Of a stretch of 64,000 nucleotides of DNA, positions 60,059 to 64,000 are shown piece by piece. The stretch lies in the NCBI GenBank assembly GCA_938030705.1, contig CALHIR010000002.1, forward strand, positions 2,515-66,514. Direction: 5' to 3'. This DNA is from Candidatus Poseidoniaceae archaeon (lineage in GTDB: Archaea > Thermoplasmatota > Poseidoniia > Poseidoniales > Poseidoniaceae). Made by a program: the position numbers and the translations under genes. Every line of letters begins with the position of its first letter. The first letter of the stretch is position 1. The notes under the pieces were generated by a model. The model did not search any database. It was not told the origin of the DNA and saw only the letters and a program-made list of their open reading frames with translations.

Positions 60059-61128
60059 GTGGATGGCGACGAACCGTACCGGCGGTGTTGATTTTTCTGA
60101 TCGCGAGCATGCCTTTTGCCTACTTCCAAGTCGGCAACCTCGTTTACACACAAGCGGCCGCAAGCAGTCCGGATTGCTCTGGCCATTCGGCCCGTAATTC
60201 TCCTGACGGGTTCAGCGTTGAATTGTGGCACGAAGACGTGTCCACGGTCACTCATCAGAAGAACGAGACGCTGGCTTCAGACCTTGAATCGTTGTGGTTT
60301 GACGAGTGGGACAACGTCACCATCGATGTTCCTGATGAACCCATCACGCTGGCGGCATGGGTGATGGAACACGATGCGGAACAGCCTTGGGTCATCGTCG
60401 TGCACGGTATTCGGTCATGCAAAGCCAACCATGAGGTTCTCATTCCAGCGGCTTGGCTCCATCAAGCAGGGTTCAACGTCATGTTGTTTGATATGCGGGA
60501 CCATGGCGATAGCACGACTGAAGACGGTTTGGTCTCTGCAGGTCAGCGAGAATATCGCGACCTTCTCGCTGTCTGGCAGTGGATTCAGGACGAAAAGGGT
60601 ACATCGCCCGAGAACATCGGTGCGATTGGCATCTCGATGGGAGCTGGAGCCGTCACCATCGCGTTTGAGCAGGAGCCTGCCTTGCAATCAATTTTCCTTG
60701 AATCACCGTTTTCGTCCATGGGCACGATCATTCACGAAGAATTAGAGTTTGCAGGCTTCCCGCCCTTCCTCAAGAACGCAGCCATCTTTGCCGGTAAGGT
60801 CTCCTCTGGTGATGATTTGGTCAGGTATGAACCCATCAACGCCATGGCTGAGGTTGGCAACCGGTCGGTCTTCATTACCCAATCTTTGGAAGATGTTCGC
60901 ATCAACATTCATCACGGTGAGTCCATGTGCGAAGCCGCTCGAGAAGGCGTCAATGAGGATGGACAGGTTGAATGTTGGTTTGCATCGTCGGGGGTGGCTC
61001 ACAACGATGGCGACCGAGAAGGCATTCTGTCTCACATCACCCTGATGCTCACCCAACCCGACGAATACCGAAACCGACTGGTCAGTTTCTTCGAAGCAAG
61101 CATTGGCCAGCCCGATGCGGTGGTTTGA
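60055..61128 (+). CDS. Secreted alpha/beta hydrolase (dienelactone hydrolase/S9-like)
   Basis: Signal/TM segment, then nucleophile elbow GISMGAG. ATGA overlap with psd. Confidence 0.6.
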   Translation: MSGWRRTVPAVLIFLIASMPFAYFQVGNLVYTQAAASSPDCSGHSARNSPDGFSVELWHEDVSTVTHQKNETLASDLESLWFDEWDNVTIDVPDEPITLAAWVMEHDAEQPWVIVVHGIRSCKANHEVLIPAAWLHQAGFNVMLFDMRDHGDSTTEDGLVSAGQREYRDLLAVWQWIQDEKGTSPENIGAIGISMGAGAVTIAFEQEPALQSIFLESPFSSMGTIIHEELEFAGFPPFLKNAAIFAGKVSSGDDLVRYEPINAMAEVGNRSVFITQSLEDVRINIHHGESMCEAAREGVNEDGQVECWFASSGVAHNDGDREGILSHITLMLTQPDEYRNRLVSFFEASIGQPDAVV

Positions 61129-61155
61129 AACGAGGGATGCTGACGGCGGCCTACG

Positions 61156-62331
61156 GTGAAGCTCATGACCGACGTCAATCCACTTCCATTGCTCGGTCAA
61201 GGGAAGAAGGGCTTGCGAATCCACGACTTGGTCAAAGCCCCCGCCAACACCCCTTGGGCGAAAGCCAAGCAACAATCGTGGGATGCCAGCGAGCCAGCCA
61301 CCGTTTACACCACGCCAGAAGTGCTGGCAGACGGCACGCCCTGCAGTGCAGTCACCGTGATTTTACGCACCAAAGGATGTCACTGGTGGTGGTCGTCCGG
61401 TTGTACCTTCTGCGGCTACTTTAACGATACCCGAGACGATGTAACCAGCGATGACCTGCACGCTCAATGGGCTGCAGCCAAAGAAAAGTTTGACGATTTC
61501 AACGACCAAGCAATGGTCAAGGTCTACACCTCGGGCAGTCTGCTCGAGGACCGGGAAATACCGGTGGCCTTCCAGGAAACGGTGCTTCGGGATTGTGCTG
61601 AACTCGGCAAGGAACTGATCGTCGAGAGCCGTTGCGAGCAATTGACGGAGGAGAAACTTCGCTGGGCGACCTCGATTAACGACACCTTCACCGTCGCTAT
61701 CGGGCTTGAGGCCTACGATGATGAAGTGCTTCGCTTCCACGTCAACAAAGGTTTCAGCACGGCTTCTTGGGACCGCGCAGTGGCAAACCTCCAGAAGTTC
61801 AACCTCCGCATCAAGACCTACTTGATGTTCAAGCCGCCGTTCATGAATGAAGCCGATGCGTTGGACCACTGCGTCAAATGGATTGAAGCGGTGGCTGAAC
61901 AATCCGACGAAATTTCCGTGAACCCCATGAACATCCAACGTGGCACCGTCATTGACCGTCTTCATCGGCACAACGAATACAGGCCCCCTTGGCTTTGGTC
62001 ACTGGTCGACATGATTCGACGTGCTCACCCGCTGATTCATCCCAAGGGAGGCGTCAACGGTGATGAGGACCAAGTGTCTCGTCTCATTGTCCACCCGACG
62101 GCCGGAGGAAAGATTCGTGGATCGCACAATTGCGGAGCATGCGATGCTGAGGTCGTGGCCGCCATTGAGCGCTACGCTGTTTCAGGCAGCCTTCTCGAGT
62201 TTGACGGCTTGACGTGTGATTGTGAGGCAGTTTGGAAAAACGAGGTGAACCTTGAGCGCCAACTCCCCGTCCCACTCGGCCTTTCAAAACCACGCCGAGG
62301 TTCGGTCGTCGATCGACTTCGTTCGCCTTGA
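61156..62331 (+). CDS. Radical-SAM-like Fe-S protein with non-canonical Cx7CxxC spacing and a C-terminal Cys cluster
   Basis: GCHWWWSSGCTFCGY, then a TIM-barrel-like region. C-terminal NCGACD...CDCEAVW. Confidence 0.55.
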   Translation: MKLMTDVNPLPLLGQGKKGLRIHDLVKAPANTPWAKAKQQSWDASEPATVYTTPEVLADGTPCSAVTVILRTKGCHWWWSSGCTFCGYFNDTRDDVTSDDLHAQWAAAKEKFDDFNDQAMVKVYTSGSLLEDREIPVAFQETVLRDCAELGKELIVESRCEQLTEEKLRWATSINDTFTVAIGLEAYDDEVLRFHVNKGFSTASWDRAVANLQKFNLRIKTYLMFKPPFMNEADALDHCVKWIEAVAEQSDEISVNPMNIQRGTVIDRLHRHNEYRPPWLWSLVDMIRRAHPLIHPKGGVNGDEDQVSRLIVHPTAGGKIRGSHNCGACDAEVVAAIERYAVSGSLLEFDGLTCDCEAVWKNEVNLERQLPVPLGLSKPRRGSVVDRLRSP

Positions 62332-62345
62332 ATGCGGCTTTGCAG

Positions 62346-62420
62346 GCCGTGCTTTTTCGTTCAAAGAAGTGGTGAATGTTTATCACCGCCCATCAAGTCG
62401 CAGGCTTGACCCCTATGGGG
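62346..62420 (+). terminator. Putative terminator: T-tract plus perfect inverted repeat downstream of the radical-SAM-like gene
   Basis: ctttttcgttc directly after the stop codon. GACCCC-TAT-GGGGTC palindrome at ~62405-62419. Confidence 0.35.
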
Positions 62421-62430
62421 TCAGTTTGAG

Positions 62431-62712
62431 GTGAACTGCATGACAAACTCTCGAGCCCTTCCCGACACGACGGTCGGAACAGGTGAACCAGCCGCCAGCC
62501 GTATCGTCTTGACCCTGTTTTTTGTGGGCCTTTTGGGCTTGTATTCCCTGTTTTCAAACGTGTTCGGTTGGGACAACCTTCCGCTCCTCGGTGAATTGGT
62601 TCCACTGGTTCAGAACCTCGGTGGAAGCGGCATCTGGTACTACCTCATCGGTTTCCTTGTTGGCATCGGTGCGATTGTAGCGACCTTGGTGGGCGAGGTA
62701 CTCGCTGAATGA
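62431..62712 (+). CDS. Small membrane protein (93 aa, 2 TM)
   Basis: Two hydrophobic helices (LTLFFVGLLGLYSL; YYLIGFLVGIGAIVATLV). Confidence 0.4.
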   Translation: MNCMTNSRALPDTTVGTGEPAASRIVLTLFFVGLLGLYSLFSNVFGWDNLPLLGELVPLVQNLGGSGIWYYLIGFLVGIGAIVATLVGEVLAE

Positions 62713-62726
62713 TGGAGGTGTGATGC

Positions 62727-64000
62727 ATGGAAACCATTTTCATATCCGGCTCCTTTTTTGTGGCGCTTCTCTTCCTCCTTTCACAATCCCTTTCCAAGGG
62801 TGTAGGCTCCGTTGGCGGTGCCTTGAAACAAATCGGTTTGTTCATCCTGCAAAAGAACCCACCCGGCTTGGTTGACATCTTTGACGACCGAGACGGCAGC
62901 GGCTCCCGGACTTGGATGAACTTTGGTATGCTCTGGCTCGTGTTCGCTTCCCTGCTCGGCTTTTTGAGCGGCTGGCATAACTACGACCCCTCGGCCCTCG
63001 ATTCACTCGCCAGCGTGGGTTGGTCCTACGACGACGGCTCGGCTTTGACCGATGCTACCCTCAACTTCCTGACCATCGCTTTGCTTTACGGCATGATTGG
63101 AAGCGGTATGGTCGCCACCTCCCGAAACAGCAACGGTCGTTTGGCCAGCGAAGCCAACGCTTCCATGGTGGCCGTGTTGCTCTCTGCTGTTCTCGTGGCC
63201 AGCTATCTGCTTCCCTTCATCTTCGGTTTCCTCGACATCGATACCGAAACCGGTGGCGTTGCCACGATGCTCTACAGCCTCGAAACGCTGGCCATCGGCT
63301 TGCTTCTCGTTCCCGTGTTCATCAACGTCCTGATCACGGCCGCCAACCGAGGCGAACAAGAGCTTCAGACCAGCGTCTGGTTCCTCATCATGGGTCTGGC
63401 CGCTTACATCGTCTCGATGGTCTACATGTTCTTTGGCGAACTCGCCAACTCCACGCAAACGGTGTGGTTGGCTGAACGTGTCGCTCACGGGTGGGTTCCG
63501 CTCGCTCTCATGTTCTCGGTCGGCTATCACGTCATCCCCATGACGGCGAAGCAACCCATCTGGTCCGCCTCCATGCGAAGCGCCAGCATGCTGTTGCTGT
63601 TCATGACCATCCCACCTTTCTTCATGACCGACGCCTCGGCGAGCAATTTCGTCACCAACCTCGGTGCCATCTTGCTGACGCTTGGCGTGTTGCCCATCTT
63701 CGCCGCCTCCATCAACCTCCTGATGACGGCGAGTTCGGGTTTGAGCGCCATTGTCAAGCAGCCCGGCGCCATTGCTGCCACCATGGCTTTCCTCGCCCTC
63801 CCGTTCTTTGCAGTGGGTGGCTACTTCACCGCCATGGACACGTTCGTCGGCACCGGTGAACTCGGCTCTATGGGCGACATCGTGAACATGAGCATGTTGT
63901 TCACCGTTGGCGGTTTACTTGTTCTCGCTGGCGTGTTCACCAACTACCCCAACGCCATCGGCAAGCCCCTCGCCACGCCATCCACGGCGACCCTTGCTAC
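62727..64000 (+). CDS. Polytopic membrane protein, 3'-partial (runs off the window)
   Basis: ATG at 62727; the frame stays open to nt 64000 (about 424 aa with ~10 TM helices). It is absent from the ORF track only because it has no stop in the window. Minus-strand ORFs 63003-63554 and 63527-63784 are its shadows. Confidence 0.6.
   Translation, partial: METIFISGSFFVALLFLLSQSLSKGVGSVGGALKQIGLFILQKNPPGLVDIFDDRDGSGSRTWMNFGMLWLVFASLLGFLSGWHNYDPSALDSLASVGWSYDDGSALTDATLNFLTIALLYGMIGSGMVATSRNSNGRLASEANASMVAVLLSAVLVASYLLPFIFGFLDIDTETGGVATMLYSLETLAIGLLLVPVFINVLITAANRGEQELQTSVWFLIMGLAAYIVSMVYMFFGELANSTQTVWLAERVAHGWVPLALMFSVGYHVIPMTAKQPIWSASMRSASMLLLFMTIPPFFMTDASASNFVTNLGAILLTLGVLPIFAASINLLMTASSGLSAIVKQPGAIAATMAFLALPFFAVGGYFTAMDTFVGTGELGSMGDIVNMSMLFTVGGLLVLAGVFTNYPNAIGKPLATPSTATLA

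Noticed and set aside
62727-64000. Terminal membrane protein as heme-copper oxidase subunit I
   Set aside because: It lacks the conserved His ligand pattern (HPEVY, HH, HxH) of HCO subunit I, so it is left as a generic polytopic membrane protein.

Overview
This window reads as a chromosomal segment of an archaeon, probably a euryarchaeote (taxon uncertain). Evidence for archaeal origin: an L18e-L13-S9-RpoN tail of the conserved archaeal ribosomal/RNAP operon followed by tRNA-Pro, plus MCM, TFB, GatE, Trm1, Pth2, PAC2 chaperones and archaetidylserine decarboxylase. GC is high (~58-60%), the coding strand is densely packed, and many large ORFs on the opposite strand are shadow ORFs. Three themes stand out. 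First, four giant acidic cell-surface proteins: a TSP3-repeat protein (>2,235 aa), a beta-helix protein (~1,560 aa), an FG-GAP/FN3 protein (1,438 aa) and a PKD lipoprotein. Second, an unusual number of bacterial-type DNA-metabolism genes: NAD-dependent LigA; a translationally coupled AddB-like and AddA-like helicase-nuclease pair (48006-56683) lying divergently from tfb across a 356-bp AT-rich region; a stand-alone Cas4-like Fe-S nuclease convergent with a DEDDh exonuclease; and no CRISPR array. Third, two RNA genes that ORF calling misses: tRNA-Pro(GGG) at 8868-8945 and a minus-strand tRNA-Arg(GCG) at 24018-24094 buried in the spurious N-terminal extension of a thioesterase ORF. Smaller items: tandem Pth2 paralogs, a 788-aa orphan protein with an N-terminal Cys cluster, a radical-SAM protein with Cx7CxxC spacing, and a candidate leaderless small ORF in the tfb/addB intergenic region. 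The AddAB-like module is my best candidate for the unusual system in this window.
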